Shown: positions 25,936 to 39,371 of the stretch, one piece after another
Position numbering within the stretch: the stretch's first letter is position 1
Layout of the letters: the number at the start of each line of letters is the position of its first letter
Source of the DNA: Prorocentrum cordatum
Taxonomy: Eukaryota
DNA: 64,000 nt
Direction: 5' to 3'
Assembly (NCBI GenBank): GCA_963575745.1
Contig: CAUYUJ010000159.1
Span: 558,001-622,000 of the forward strand
Program-made: the position numbers and the translations under genes
The notes under the pieces: model-generated
Database searches by the model: none
What the model was told of the DNA's origin: nothing
What the model saw: the letters and a program-made list of their open reading frames with translations, nothing else

Positions 25936-27074
25936 AGAGGAATAATCCTACTCCTTACGAACTTTCGTCCATTGTGGGCCTCCTGCGGGCGGGATGGTCG
26001 CCACCGCCTGAGCCACCTCGGGATATGCTCAAGCCGCGCCCTAGGCAGGGAGAGGTATGGGGCCAGATTTTGAAGACGACAACCGTACGACGGCGACACC
26101 AGCGACGCCCGCGAAGTTACAGGCAACGACGGGAGGGTGACCACGGCGGCGAAGGCGGCGAAGAGGACGACGGCACAGCGGCGTCGGTTTCCGATGCCGC
26201 TGCCTCCTCCATAGGAGGCGCCTTCTGCGAAGTCTCCGTCCGATTAAGTCACTGAGCCAGATTAAGCCGGAGGTTAAGCTTCCAACCGAACTAAAAGAGA
26301 ATAGGCCGGCAGGATTGAGCAGGATTGTGACGGATTGAGCTGGTTATCGACCACGGATATACCAGCGCCGATGCTGAATTTAACCTCCCAGGGTTTGCAT
26401 CTGAACTCTCCCTTTTTGATCGAGCCGCTCAGGTCATGGTAATGATGGGATCTGGGATTTAGAAAAATGGCCTCGGATTTAGAAAATCCGTTTCTGAATT
26501 TAGTAGACCGGTTCTGCGTTTACCAAATGATGTTTTGTCGTGTTTTGATTAAGCGGTGCAATTTGATAAATCCACTTCTCGCTTTAGAAAACCATCGCTT
26601 TCTCAACACATTGCTTTAAGAATGCGCGTTCATTCATTACCATGACCTACATTAGCCGGTGACTTTGTTCCTCTTCGAATCTCCTCTGGTTAGACCTTCC
26701 CGATCAGGTCGTGGAATGAACGCAGAACCATTCGTGAAGAACCAAGGCTCTCACACGCTGGCGGCGTCGGCGACGGCTCCGGAGGAGGGTGGACGGAGGA
26801 GGGACGGAGAGGAGGGGAGAAGGGAAAGGGGAGAGATTCAGGAGGGAGGCGAGAGGAGGAGGGAATGGGGAGGAGGAACTGCAGATAGTTCCAGGGCGTT
26901 CGGGAACACATTCAGGGTCTTCCGGAGCAACCGCTTCTGGAATTCGCCGGCCCAACGGGCCAGAGGCGTGCTAAGATCTCCGGTAACTGCTTTACAGTAA
27001 CTTTACGTCGCGCGCGCGGGGCGGCCCCTGGGGGTCCCCGGACGAAAAGTACCCCGGGCAGATCCCGGTCGACT

Positions 27075-27800
27075 CGGGTCAGAGATGGCTTTCCTCCTGG
27101 GCGCCGCCCTCGAGGCCGTCCAGAAAGCCCCAAGAAAGGCCAAGAGGCCGCCAAGAGCCCCTCAAGATGATACAAGAGAGCTCCGAGATGCCACAAGATC
27201 GCTACAAGACGCCCAAGATGGCCCCAACGGCCCAAGAGGCCTCCAAGAGCACTCGCAAAAGAGCCCCAAGAGGCAAGAATCATTGCTTCTCCTCAGGTTT
27301 TGGAGAAATTTTGGCGTTTCCACCTTTTCGGCTTCCCGACACCCCAGGACGGCCCAAGAGGCCCCCAAGACGGCCCCATGAGGGCCCAAGAGGTCCCCTA
27401 GAGGGCCCCAAGACGGCCCAAGAGGGCTCCAAGACGGCCCAAGAGGGCTCCAAGACGGCCCAAGAAGGCCCCAAGAACGCCCCAACAGAGATCCCAGGGG
27501 GGGAACACGAAATAACATTTCGAGCCCTCGGCCCTAAGAAGCCCCAGGAGTCCCCAAGAGGCCCCGAAGAGACCCCAAGAGGCCCCGAACAGGCCCTCAG
27601 GAGGCCCCCAAGAGGCCCCCAAGCGGCCCCAGGAGGCCCCCCAAGTGCCCCCCCGAGCACGCAAGCAAGTGCAAACGACCCGACGCGTTTAAGAGTCCCC
27701 ACGAGGCCACCAAGAGGCCTCCCGAAAGAGTACCCATAGGCAAAACGCTTCCAGACGGCCCGCGACGCGTTCAAGACTCCCCCAGCGGCCACCAAGAAGC
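27075..27800 (-). repeat. CCCAAGAGG (GGCCTCTTGGG) degenerate ~11-bp repeat family block
   Basis: Iterated GGCCCCAAGA/GGCCCAAGAG; similar blocks at about 16980, 19980, 33130 and 38720. Confidence 0.85.
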
Positions 27801-28714
27801 CTCACATGCCGAACGCAAAGCCTGATAAAAATAGCCGCCGCCCCTGCAGCTCCGCACCGCGAAAATCGGTCAGTCGACAACGGCGCGCAATATGGGCCGG
27901 CGGAATGAGCGAAGCGATTCAATAATCAGAAACGCTCCATAGATCCGCGAGGAAATTCTCGGGTCGGAATTGGGACACCTGGCCCCACATCCCTGACGGC
28001 GCACATGGCGCCACCCATGGCTCGCTCCCAGCGCTCCAAAAAACTCCAAAAGGGGTGCGGGTCGAGGAGTTCCGCGCCAAGTCCGCTCGGACTTCCGAGA
28101 TATTGTGTTCGTGTGTACTCTCATTCCCCGAGCAGTGCTTCCACTTACCCATCGGCCGGAAGAAGTAGATAGAAACATGAAGTAGGAAGGCGTTGGAAGT
28201 AGACTGGGTCTCCGCCCACCCCCTGAAGAGGATGGAAGAGGGGAAGCCCCTCGATCCTTGAGGTAGGAAGACGTTGAAAGTAGACTGGAACCTTGGACTC
28301 CAGAAAATACATACTTTCAACGACCGATGGGTACAGTGGAGGCCAGTCCACAAGAAACCTTCCACAAGAAACACAACCCTGAGACCCCAGGGCGCCCCTT
28401 GATTTGTGATATAGGAACGTCACGCTTTCCATCGCAAAACCGTCGAAACCCAAGAAACCCAGGGCACCCTGGAGGCAAGCGGGGTGTTTCTTGCCTTAGG
28501 CCTCCACTGTATTCCCATTCCCCGAACAATGCTTGCACTCAGGGCTCTCGCTCCGCTCCAAAAGAAAGTGGGCTCGTGCGCGGCCCTGGCGGCCCCGTCG
28601 TTCCCGTCCGTCGACCCGTGCCAGTGCTCCACACACACAGCCCGTGTGCGGGGCCCTGGCTGCCCTGTTGCACGTCCGTCGCCGCCGCCCCGCTGCATAT
28701 CCCCCCCCCGTCGC

Positions 28715-29220
28715 ATCTCCATCGCATCGCACTGCAGTCGCATCGACACTGCAATCGCACTGCACTGCAATCGCATCGCATCGCATCATACTCGCATGGT
28801 ACTGCATCGCGCTGCGATGCAATGCTTGCGTTGCAGTGTTCTGCAACCCCATTGCATTACAATCGCATTCCATTGCATTGCAATCGCAGTGCATTGCATG
28901 GCAGTGCGTTCGCATTGCATTGCGCTGCTGTGGTTGCATTGCTTCGCATTGTTTTGCACAGGTTGGCATTGCATTCGAATTGATTTGCATGGCTTTGCAT
29001 TGCTCTGCGTTGCTCAGCATTGCTCTGCATTGCCTTGCATCGCATTGGGTATCGAGTTGCAACGGTTTGCAATGTCATGTGTTGTCTTACTTTGCTTGCA
29101 TCGTATCGAATCAGTGTGTGTGTGTGTGTGTGCTGGCTGGAGTTGCTTCGCATGGCGCTGCCTTGCTTTGCATTGCGATGCATTGCTTTGAATTGCGTTA
29201 CGCTATGCTGCATCGATTCA
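28715..29220. repeat. Degenerate (TGCAT/CGCAT)n pentamer repeat
   Basis: Directly visible; gives Cys/His-rich spurious ORFs. Confidence 0.85.
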
Positions 29221-29591
29221 CATTCCAAAACAACTATGGTCTCTCTGCCCCCCGCTATTGACCTGCACCCCTCCCGCAGGACATTGCAAATCCTACCTGC
29301 CCTTTGGGGTGTGAGTGGTTTAGGGCGCTTGTTATTCTAACCTCAATGTTCTCTTTCGGGAAGGGTTTACTAATGCCCTTCCTTAGTATACCCCGCCCCC
29401 CACCCGACTGTGGGCCAACCCAGAACATGCCCCCCCCCACCTCCCCTGTAAACAGAGAATACAGGATGCTCGTTGTCTCCAAATATTGAGCATGCGCGCG
29501 CGCCCCGCGACCACTTTGCATTGGTTTTTGACAAGGACGGCGGGGATGCTGTCATATCGCTCGCCGCGCGCAGGCCAGCCATCCCTGTCAA

Positions 29592-31864
29592 AAACATGAT
29601 CGACCCACGAACCCGGAAAGGAATATAGAAATGTAAGGCATGGCAACTGTTCAAAGACACTTGATTGGGCGACGGGCAAATGCAATGCAGAATGTATCGA
29701 TCTTAATGTACTGTGCCAAGGGCTGTGCTGTGCTGCACCGTGCTGAACTGCGATGTTCCATACCGCGATTGTGCTCTACATAGCGTCGTGGATCGAGTCT
29801 TCCTTAACATCCGAGTCCTGACCGAATTGATCTGGATCTTAAGCTCGAGCTGACTGAGCAGATGGTAGCTGCCCCAGAACCAATCGACAGAGGGGACATG
29901 CCAGGAGGACGCGCCGCGGAACGTCCCAAGGGACACGCCAAGCGACGTGCCAGGGAACGTGCCATGGGCACGCACCGCGGGACGTGCCAAGCGGACGCGC
30001 TACGGAACGTGCCAATGGACGTGCCGCGGGACGTGCCAGGGGGCGCGCCACGCGACGTGCCAGGGGGACTCGCCAAGGGACGCCCCACGGAACGTGCCAA
30101 GTTGCAATGCTGAGTGTATCGATCTTGATGTACCATGCCGAAATCTGTGCTGTGCTGCGCCGTGCTGAACTGCGATGTGCCATGCCGCGATTGTGCTCTA
30201 GATAGCGTTGTGGATCGAGTCCTCTTTGCATCCGAGTCCTGACCGAACTGATCTGGATCTTAAGCTCGAGCTGCCTGAACACATAGTAGCTGCCCCAGAA
30301 CTAATCGACAGGGGGACATGCCAGGAGGACGCGCCGCGGAACATCCCAAAGGACACGCCAAGCGACGTGCCAGGGGACGTGCCATGGGCACGCACCGCGG
30401 GACGTGCCAAGCGGACGCGCTACGGAACGTGCCAATGGACGTGCCGCGGGACGTGCCAGGGGGCGCGCCACGCGACGTGCCAGGGGGACTCGCCAAGGGA
30501 CGCCCCACGGAACGTGCCAAATTGCAATGCTGAGTGTATCGATCTTGATGTACCATGCCGAAATCTGTGCTGTGCTGCGCCGTGCTGAACTGCGATGTGC
30601 CATGCCGCGATTGTGCTCTAGATAGCGTTGTGGATCGAGTCCTCTTTGCATCCGAGTCCTGACCGAACTGATCTGGATCTTAAGCTCGAGCTGCCTGAAC
30701 ACATAGTAGCTGCCCCAGAACTAATCGACAGGGGGACATGCCAGGAGGACGCGCCGCGGAACGTCCCAAGGGACGCGCCAAGCGACGTGCCAGGGGACGT
30801 GCCATGGGCACGCACCGCGGGACGTGCCAAGGGAAGCTGCCTGAACACATAGTAGCTGCCCTCGGCGGGGTCAGGGTCCAAAAACACAGGGGATTTGCAA
30901 CATTTCTGGAATTCGATGCCACCCCTCACGCAGATCCGCGGGGTCAGGGTCCAAAAACACAGGGGCCACCCCTCACGCAGATCCGCGGGGTCAGGGTCCA
31001 AAAACCCATGGGATTTGCCACATTTCTGGAATTCGGTGCCACCCCTCACGCAGATCCGCGGGGTCAGGGTACAAAAACACATGGGATTTGCCACATTTCT
31101 GAAATTCGGTACAAAAACACATGGGATTTGCCACATTTCTAAAATTCGGTGCCACCCCTCACGCAGATCCGCGGGGTCAGGGTCCAAACACACAAGGGAT
31201 TTGCTACATTTTTGAAAATCGATGCCAAGACTCACGCAGATCCGCGGGGTCAGGGTCCAAAAACACATGGGATTTGCCACATTTCTGGAATTCGGTGCCA
31301 CCCTCACGCAGATCCGCGGGGTCAGGGTCCAAAAACACATGAGATTTGCCACATTTCTGGAATTCGGTGCCACCCCTCACCCAGATCCGCGGGGTCAGGG
31401 TCCAAAAACACAGGGGATTTGCCACTTTTCTGGAATTCGATGCCACCCCTCACGCAGATCCGCGGGGTCAGGGTCCAAACACACAGGGGATTTGTGGCAT
31501 TTCCGAACTTATGCAACTTCAAGAATCCAAAACTCCGTTCCCAGCGCCGTTCTGGAGGCCGCGGTACCTCGTTATTTATCGAGCGAACGCGTTTACCTAG
31601 TTTTTTATCGTTTAAAGTCGATGTCGGAAAAAAGGGGACTTCACCTGTGAAATATCGAGGTTTCCTTAAAGGCGGTAAAAATTCCAAGAGCACGATCTGC
31701 GTGAGGGGTAACGAAAAATGGCCTTCGTCCTCACAATTTTAATTCGCCGGCCCCCTTCGACCTCGTAATTTATCGCGCAAGAAATTCGCCGGCCCCCTTC
31801 AAGTAAAAACCGGTCGGTAAACCATCTAAAAGAGAACCCTGGGCCTACGCCCTTTCTGGGAAAA
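29592..31864 (-). mobile_element. Modular element copy with 420-bp units and a 73-bp satellite
   Basis: CATGATCGACCCACGAACCCGGAAAGG at 29595; near-identical units offset by 420 bp; ends AAAAGAGAACCCTGGGCCTACGCCCTTTCTGGGAAAA. Confidence 0.7.
30865..31505. repeat. ~73-bp tandem satellite, about 9 units
   Basis: Iterated CACGCAGATCCGCGGGGTCAGGGTCCAAAAACACATGGGATTTGCCACATTTCTGGAATTCGGTGCCACCCCT. Confidence 0.95.
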
Positions 31865-32522
31865 ACAAGTGTTTCGCTCGAGACATCCTGCCAAAATTCT
31901 ACGAAATCCGGACAAAAGAAGCGGATTAGTCAAGACTTCCTCAAGATTCCTGCGCGCGGGACGCGGCCCGCGCGAGACATCCTTGGAATTCTTGCGAGCG
32001 GGACACGAAAACAAACATTTCGCCTGAGACATCCTCTGAATTCTGGCCCCCCACGAAGCCCCCGCTCGAGACATCCTCAAATTTTGCAAAACCAGCGTAT
32101 CGCTCGAGACATCCTCAACAAATTATGAACAACAAGCGTTTCGCTCGAGACATCCTGTCAAAATTCTAAGAAATCCGGACAAAACAAGCGAACTAGTCGA
32201 GACATCCTCGAAATTCGTGCGCGCGGGACGCGGCCCGCGCGAGACATCCTTGGAATTCCTGCGAGCGGGACACGGAAACAAGCATTTCGCTTGAGACATC
32301 CTCTGAATTCTGGCCCCCCACGAAGCCCCCGCTCGAGACATCCTCAAATTTTGCAAAACCAGTGTTTCGCTCGAGACATCCTCGAGCAATTATAAACAAC
32401 AAGCGTTTCGCTCGAGACATCCTGCCATAATTCTAAGACATCCGCACAAAACAAGCGAATTAGTCGAGACGTCCTCGAAATTCCTGCGCGCGGGACGCGG
32501 CACGCGCGAGACATCCTCGGAA

Positions 32523-33760
32523 TTCTTTACGCTTCGCGTATCCCCACCAGCCCATCTCACAGCAGCAACTCTCGCGAAGCATGCCGACAGTCGTGTTTTT
32601 CAGGCGTGTGTCCGCTGGGCCCCGCATATCTCCCCTGTTCCTCCTTCCTCCCGCCTCCTTGTACATCCTCCTTGTGGGGGGAGCGGGAGAAGGACGAGGC
32701 GAAGGAGGAGGGAGAGAAAGCGCTCCTCGTGGTTTGAGTCGTTTGGGGTTTCTCGTCCTGGTCTGAGTCGTTCGGGCCCTTCTTCCTGGTGTGAGTCGTT
32801 CGGGCTCTTCGTGGTGTGAGTCGTTCGGGCTCTTCGTCCTGGTGTGAGTCGTTCGGGCTTCTCGTGGTGTGAGTTGTTCGGGCCCCTCGTCCTGGTGTGA
32901 GTCGTTCGGGCCCCTCCTCCTGGTGTGACTCGTTCGGGCTCCTCGTGGTGTGAGTCGTTCGGGGCCCGCGTCGTGGTGTGAGTCCTTCGGGCTCCTCGTG
33001 GTGTGAGTCGTTCGGGCGCCTCGTCCTGGTGTGAGTCGTTCGGGCCCCTCCTTGTGGTGTGAGTCGTTCGGGCTCTTCGTGGTGTGAGTCGTTCGGGCCC
33101 CTCGTCCTGGTGTGAGTCGTTCGGGCTCCTCGTGGGGCCTCTTGGGAGCCTCTTGGGGGCCTCTTGGGGCCTCTTGGGCGCCTCTTGGGAGCCTCTTGGG
33201 GGCCTCTTGGGAGCCTCTTGGGGGCTCTGGGGGCCTCGTGGGAGCCTCTTGGGGGCCTGTTGGGAGCCTCTGGGGGCCTCTTGGGGGCCTCTTGGGAGCC
33301 TCTTGGAGGCCTCTTGGGAGCCTCCTGGGGGCATCTTGGGGCCTCTTGGGAGCTTCTTGCGACCTCCTCAGAAGCGCAAATGAGCGCTACCCCCTGAGAA
33401 AGACAACATGAGCCCAAAACCTTCGTAAAATCAATGATTTTGAGAACAAGGAAGAGGAGCGCTGCCCCCTCAGAAGGCCAAAATGGGGCCAAACCGTAGT
33501 AAAATCAATGATTTTGGCTTCACAGAAGAGGAGAGGGTTTTTTCTCTATCCCCCCGACGGGGCCAGAATCCTCGTGAGGGTCGTCGTTTTTTGGCCCTCC
33601 CAGGAGTCGAAAAAGACCCCCCTGACCACCCGCGGGGCTCCCTCTCCAGGCCCAGGGGGAGGGGGTAGGGGGAGGGGTAAACCCCTCCCCGAAGGGGAAG
33701 AAGGGGGGTTGAGGACAGAGAGAGCTCCCTAAACCACTCACGCCCAAAGGGCTGGTGGGA
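32523..33760 (-). mobile_element. Non-autonomous Helentron/Helitron2-like element
   Basis: Minus strand starts TCCCACCAGCCC-TTT-GGGC (subTIR plus small hairpin) and ends GGGCTGGTGGGGA-TACGC-GAA-GCGTA-AAGAA. The empty site CCTCGGAA^TTCCTGCGCGC is seen intact at about 37804 and 42693. Confidence 0.8.
32731..33133. repeat. 25/28-bp minisatellite (GGTGTGAGTCGTTCGGGC core), about 15 units
   Basis: GAGT(C/T)GTTCGGG at 32765, 32793, 32818, 32846, 32871 and onward. Confidence 0.95.
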
Positions 33761-34075
33761 TTCCTGCGCGCGGGGCGCTTTTCCGCGTCGCGGTCGGGGC
33801 TCCAGACTCCCCGTTATTTGTCGAGGATTCTGTGAAAAACGCTCCGTACTTTTTTTTACGAGGGAAAACGGGGGTCTGCGGACCTCGTTTTTTTATTGAG
33901 GATCCGAGATGGGGGGCGCATTTTCCTCGAGCGGGCACGCACGGAACGCACTTTTTCGAAAACAATCAGCACTTTACTTCGCTATTTACGTAGAATAATT
34001 TCGCCGGCCCTCTTCAAGTCAAAACCGGGGGTAAACCCACTAAAAGAGAACCCTGGGCCGGCGCCCTTTCCAGGA

Positions 34076-35561
34076 CATGATCGACCCACGAACCCGGAAA
34101 GGAATGTAGAACTGTAACACATGGCAGCGTTTTCAAAGACACCTGATTGGGTGACGGGCAAATGCAATACTGAAGGTATCGATCTTGAGGTACCCTGCCG
34201 AGGGCTGTGCTGTGCTGCGCCGTGCTGAATTGCGATGTGCCATGGCGCGACTGTGCTCTATAGCCTCGTGGATCGAGTCCTCCTTTGCATCCGAGTCCTG
34301 ACCGAACTGATCTGGATCTTAAGCTCGAGCTGCCTGAACACATAGTAGCTGCCCCAGAGCTAATGGACAGGGGAACATGCCAGGAGGACGCGCCGCGAAA
34401 CGTCCCAAGGGATGCGCCAGGCGACGTGCCAGGGGACGTGCCATGGGGTCGCACCGCGGGACGTGCCAAGGGGACGCGCTACGGAACGTGCCAATGGATG
34501 TGCCACGGGATGTGCCAGGGGACGCGCGACGCGACGTGCCAGGGGGACTCGCCAAAGGACGCCCCACGGAACGTGCCAAGGAACGTGCCAAGTTGCAATG
34601 CTGAGTGCATCGACCTTGATGTACCGTGCCGAAATCAGTGCTGTGCTGCGCCGTGCTGAATTGCGATGTGCCATGGCGCGATTGTGCTCTATAGCCTCGT
34701 GGATCGAGTCCTCCTTTGCATCCGAGTCCTGACCGAACTGATCTGGATCTTAAGCTCGAGCTGCCTGAACACATAGTAGCTGCCCCAGAGCTAATGGACA
34801 GGGGAACATGCCAGGAGGACGCGACGCAGAACGTCTCAAGGGACGCGCCAAGCGACGTGCCAAGGGACGTGCCATGGGGACGCATCGCGGGACCTGCCAA
34901 GGGGACGCGCTACGGAACGTGCTGGGGACAAGCGTTTCGCTCGAGACATCCTGTCAAAATCATCTGAATTCCTACGCGCGGGACGCTGCACGCGCGAGAC
35001 ATCCTCGGAATTCCTGCGAGCGGGACGTGAAAACAAGCATTTCGCCTGAGACATCCTTTGAATTCTGGCCCCCCACGAGGCCACCGCTCGAGACATCCTC
35101 CAATTTTGCAAAACCAGCGTTTCGCTCGAGACATCCTCAACAAATTATGAAAAACAAGCGTTTCGCTCGAGACATCCTGTCAAAATCCCAAGAAATCCAA
35201 ATACCCGCGCGCGGGACGCGGCACGCGCGAGACATCCTTGGAATTCCTGCGCGAGGGGCGCTTTTCCGTGTCGCGGTCGGCTCTGCAAAACCAGCGTGTC
35301 GCTCGAGACATCCTCAACAAATTCTGAAACCAAGCGTTTCGCTCGAGACATCCCCAACTCTGCAAAACCAGCGTCTCGCTCGAGACATCCTCAACAAATT
35401 CTGAAAAACAAGCGTTTCGCTCGAGACATCCTCAAAAATAATTTCGCCGGCCCTACTCCGTGCGTGCCCGCTCGCAAAATAATTTCGCCGGCCCAAGTCG
35501 CAGGGGGGCCGGGTGGTTAACCAACTAAAAGAGAACCCCGGGCCCACGCCCTTTCCGGGAA
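34076..35561 (-). mobile_element. Modular element copy joined head-to-tail to the preceding one
   Basis: Junction CCCTTTCCAGGA|CATGATCGACCC; ~431-bp units, GAGACATCCT array; ends CCCTTTCCGGGAA. Confidence 0.75.
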
Positions 35562-35700
35562 CAAAACATGCACTTTGCCTCCATATCTAGAGCGTGCGCG
35601 AACGCCCCGCGACCACTTTGCATTGGTGTTTGACAGGAAAGGCGGGGGTGCTCTTATATTGCTCGCTGCGCGCAAGCCAGCCGTCCCTGTCAACAAACGA

Positions 35701-38128
35701 AACATGATCGACCCACGAACCCGGAAAGGAATCTATAAATGTAAGACATGGCAACGTTTCAAAGATACCTGATTGGGCGACGGGCAAATGCAATGCTTAG
35801 TGTATCGATCTTGATGTACCGTGCCGAGGGCTGTGCGGTGCTGCGCCGCGCTGAACTGCGATGTGCCATGCCACGATTGTGCTCTATAGCGTTGTGGATC
35901 GAGTCCTCCTTTGCATCCGAGTCCTGACCGAACTGATCTGGATCTTAAGCTCGAGCTGCCTGAGTACATAGTCCACGTAGTAGCTGCCCCAGAGCTGATT
36001 GACAGGGGAACCTGCCAGGAGGACGCGCCGCAGAACGTCCCAAGGGACGCGCCAGGCGACGTGCCAGGGGACGTGCCATGGGGACGCACCGCGGGACGTG
36101 CCAAGGGGACGCGCTACGGAACGTGCCAATGGACGTGCCAAGGGACGCACCAAGCGAGGTGCCAGGGGACGTGCCATGGGGTCGCACCGCGGGACGTGCC
36201 AAGGGGACGCGCTACGGAACGGGCCAATGGACGTGCCACGGGACGTGCCAGGGGACGCGCCGCGCGACGTGCCAGGGGAACTCGCCACAGGACGCGCCAC
36301 GGAACGTGCCAAGTTGCAATGCTGAGTTTATCGATCTTGATGTACCGTGCCGAGGGCTGTGCTGTGCTGCGCCGTGCTGAACTGCGATGTGCCACGTGAC
36401 GATTGTGCTCTATAGCGTTGTGGATCGAGTCCTCCTTTGCATCCGAGTCCTGACCGAACTGATCTGGATCTTAAGCTCGAGCTGCCTGAGCACATAGTAG
36501 CTGCCCAAGAGCTAATTCACGGGGGGCATGCTAGGAAGACGCGCCGCGGAACGTTCCAAGGGACGCGCCAGGCGAGGTGCCAGGGAACGTGCCATGGGGA
36601 CGCACCGCGGGACGTGCCAAGAGGACGCGCTACGGAACGTGCCAATGGACGTGCCACGGGACGTGCCAAGGGACGCGCCGCGCGACGTGCCAGGGGGACT
36701 CGCCACAGGACGCGCCACGGAACGTGCCAAAGAACGTGCCAGGTTGCAATGCTGAGTGAGTGTATCGATCTTGATGTACCGTGCCGAGGGCTGTGCTGTG
36801 CTGCGCCGTGCTGAACTGCGATGTGCCATGCCGCGATTGTGCTCTATAGCGTTGTGGATCGAGTCCTCCTTTGCATCCGAGTCCTGACCGAACTGATCTG
36901 GATCTTAAGCTCGAGCTGCCTGAGTACATAGTCCACGTAGTAGCTGCCCCAGAGCTAATTGACAAGGAAACATGCCAGGAAGACGCGCCGCGGAACGTTC
37001 CAAGGGACGCGCCAGGCGACGTGCCAGGGGACGTGCCACGGGGACGCACCGCGGGACGTGCCAAGGGGACGCGCTACAGAACGTGCTGGGGATAAGCGTC
37101 GTGTTGGTGGCCTGGACACGTAACATGCCAGGAGGACGCGCCGCGAAACGTCCCCAGGGACGCGCCAGGCGACGTGCCAAGGGACGTGCCATGGGGTCGC
37201 ACCGTAGGCCGTGCCAAGGGGACGCGCTACGGGACATCCTCAAAATTCCTGCGCGCGGGACGTGGCACGCGCGAGACATCTTCCGAATTCCTGCGAGCGG
37301 GACGTGAAAACAAGCATTTCGCCTGAGACATCCTCTGAATTCTGGCCCCCCACGAGGCCCCCGCTCGAGACATCCCCAAGTTTGCAGAAACCAGCGTTTC
37401 GCTCGAGACATCCTCAACAAATTATGAAAAACAAGCGTTTCGCTCGAGACATCCGGTCAAAATTCTAAGAAATCCTGACAAAACAAACGAATTAGTCGAG
37501 ACATCCTCGAAATTCCTGCGCGCGGGACGCGGCCCGCGCGAGACATCCTTGGAATTCCCGCGAGCGGGACACGAAAACAAGCATTTCGCCTGAGACATCC
37601 TCTGAATTCTGGCCCCCCGCTCGAGACATCTCCAAATTTTGCGGAAACCAGCGTTTCGCTCGAGACATCCTCCACAAACTATGTAAAATAAGCGTTTCGC
37701 TCGAGACATCCTGCCAAAGTTCTAAGAAATCCTGACAAAACAAGCGAATTAGTCGAGACATCCTCGAAATTCCTGCGCGCGGGACGCGGCACGCGCGAGA
37801 CATCCTCGGAATTCCTGCGCGCGGGGCGCTTTTCCGAGTCGCGGTCGGGGCTCCAGACCCCGTTATTTTTCGAGGATTCTGCGAAAAACGCTCCGCACCC
37901 TCTTTTTTACGAGGGAAAGCGGGGGTCTGCGGACCCCGTTATTTATCGAGGATCCGAGATGGGGGGCGAACTTTCCTCGAGCGGGCACGCACAAAACGCA
38001 CTTTTTCTAAAAAAATCAGCACTTTACCTCGTTATTTATCGCAAATAATTTCGCCGGCGCTTGACCCGTCAGATCCGGGGGTAAACGGCTAAAAGAGAAC
38101 CCTGGGCCCACGCCCTTTCCGGGAAAAA
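35701..38128 (-). mobile_element. Modular element, complete 2.4-kb copy
   Basis: AACATGATCGACCCACGAACCCGGAAAGG, three or more GGGACGTGCCA units, GAGACATCCT array, then AAAAGAGAACCCTGGGCCCACGCCCTTTCCGGGAAAAA. Confidence 0.8.
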
Positions 38129-39371
38129 GCACATTCCTCAACACCTAGAGCGTGCGCGGGCGCCCCGCGACCACTTTGCATTAGTTTTTGACAGTGACGG
38201 CTGGGGTGCCGTCATATTGCTCGCTTCGCGCGGGCCAAGCATCCCTACCACAAAACGAAGCAGAATGTCCGTTGTCTCCACATCTGGAACATCGCCCCGC
38301 AACCATTGTGCATAGGTTTTTGACACGGACGGCGGAGGTGCCGACATATTGCATAAACGTGGAGCACGTGGTCAACCTAGCGCGCCTGGCTTGCTTGGGT
38401 CTCCAGGGTGCCTGGTGCACCTGGACCCGTGTCGTCATGGCATTCGTGGCGTTCCTAAGCAAGATGCTGAGACTCCCTCGGATGTTACTTATGTGTTGGG
38501 GGCGGGTGGGAGTGAGCGAGACGGCTTACGGGCGAAGGGGGGGTCGAAGTTCCCTACCCCCCTGGGCCTGTACGGGCGGTTCCGCGCGGCGCTGGTGCGT
38601 CCAAGACCGCCTCGGCGAAAAGGCGAAACTCATCGATTTAGTCGAAGGTTTCGGGCGCATGTTGGCTTCCTGGGGGGGAGCTCTACTTGACTACCCACCC
38701 TTCGTTGACCGAACTCCTCCAAGATGGGCCCCAAATGGCCCGCGAGGCTCCCAAGAAGGCCCCAAGCGGCGCCCTGGAGGCCCCAAAAGGCCCCCAACAT
38801 ATTCCCAAGAGACCCCCACGGGACCCCAACAGTCCACACGAAGTTCAAAGAGGCTTCCCCGAGATACCCAAGACACTGCAAGAGGCCCCCGGGACCGCCG
38901 AGAGACCCCCAAGAAGCCCCAAGAGGACTCACAGAAGCTTTCAAGGGAAATCCGAAGAGACTCCGAAAAGGCATTCAAGATGCCTCTGGCCAATATGTGC
39001 GCCCTCCTCCTCGTCCTCCTCCTCCTCGTCCTTCTCCTCCTCCTCCTCCTCCTCCTCCTCCTCCTCCTCCTCCTCCTCCTCCTCCTCCTCCTCCCCCTCC
39101 TCCTCCTCCTCCTCCTCTCCCTGCCCTTCGCCATCCTCGCCCCCATCCTCCTGCCCCTGCCAATTTTTGACGTTGCCCAGAAATGGATCGCGTGATCGCT
39201 GCGTCTGTGTGTGTGTGCCCCTGCACCTCCTCCTCCTCCTCCTGCCCTGCCCCTGCCCCCCCCCCCTCCTCGATCGGGCGGGGACTGCAAACTGCTCTTC
39301 TGCGTCTCGAACTGGATGTCGCCTTCATCTCGAGACTTAACGCAGCAACATAATCGCCCGGGCAGTGAAGC

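Larger units (their letters stand above)
31865..34075 (-). mobile_element. Partial modular element (GCTCGAGACATCCT array plus terminal module) interrupted by a nested 1.24-kb element
   Basis: 267-bp higher-order repeat (32051 to 32318); terminal module resumes at 33761 and ends CCCTTTCCAGGA. Confidence 0.7.
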
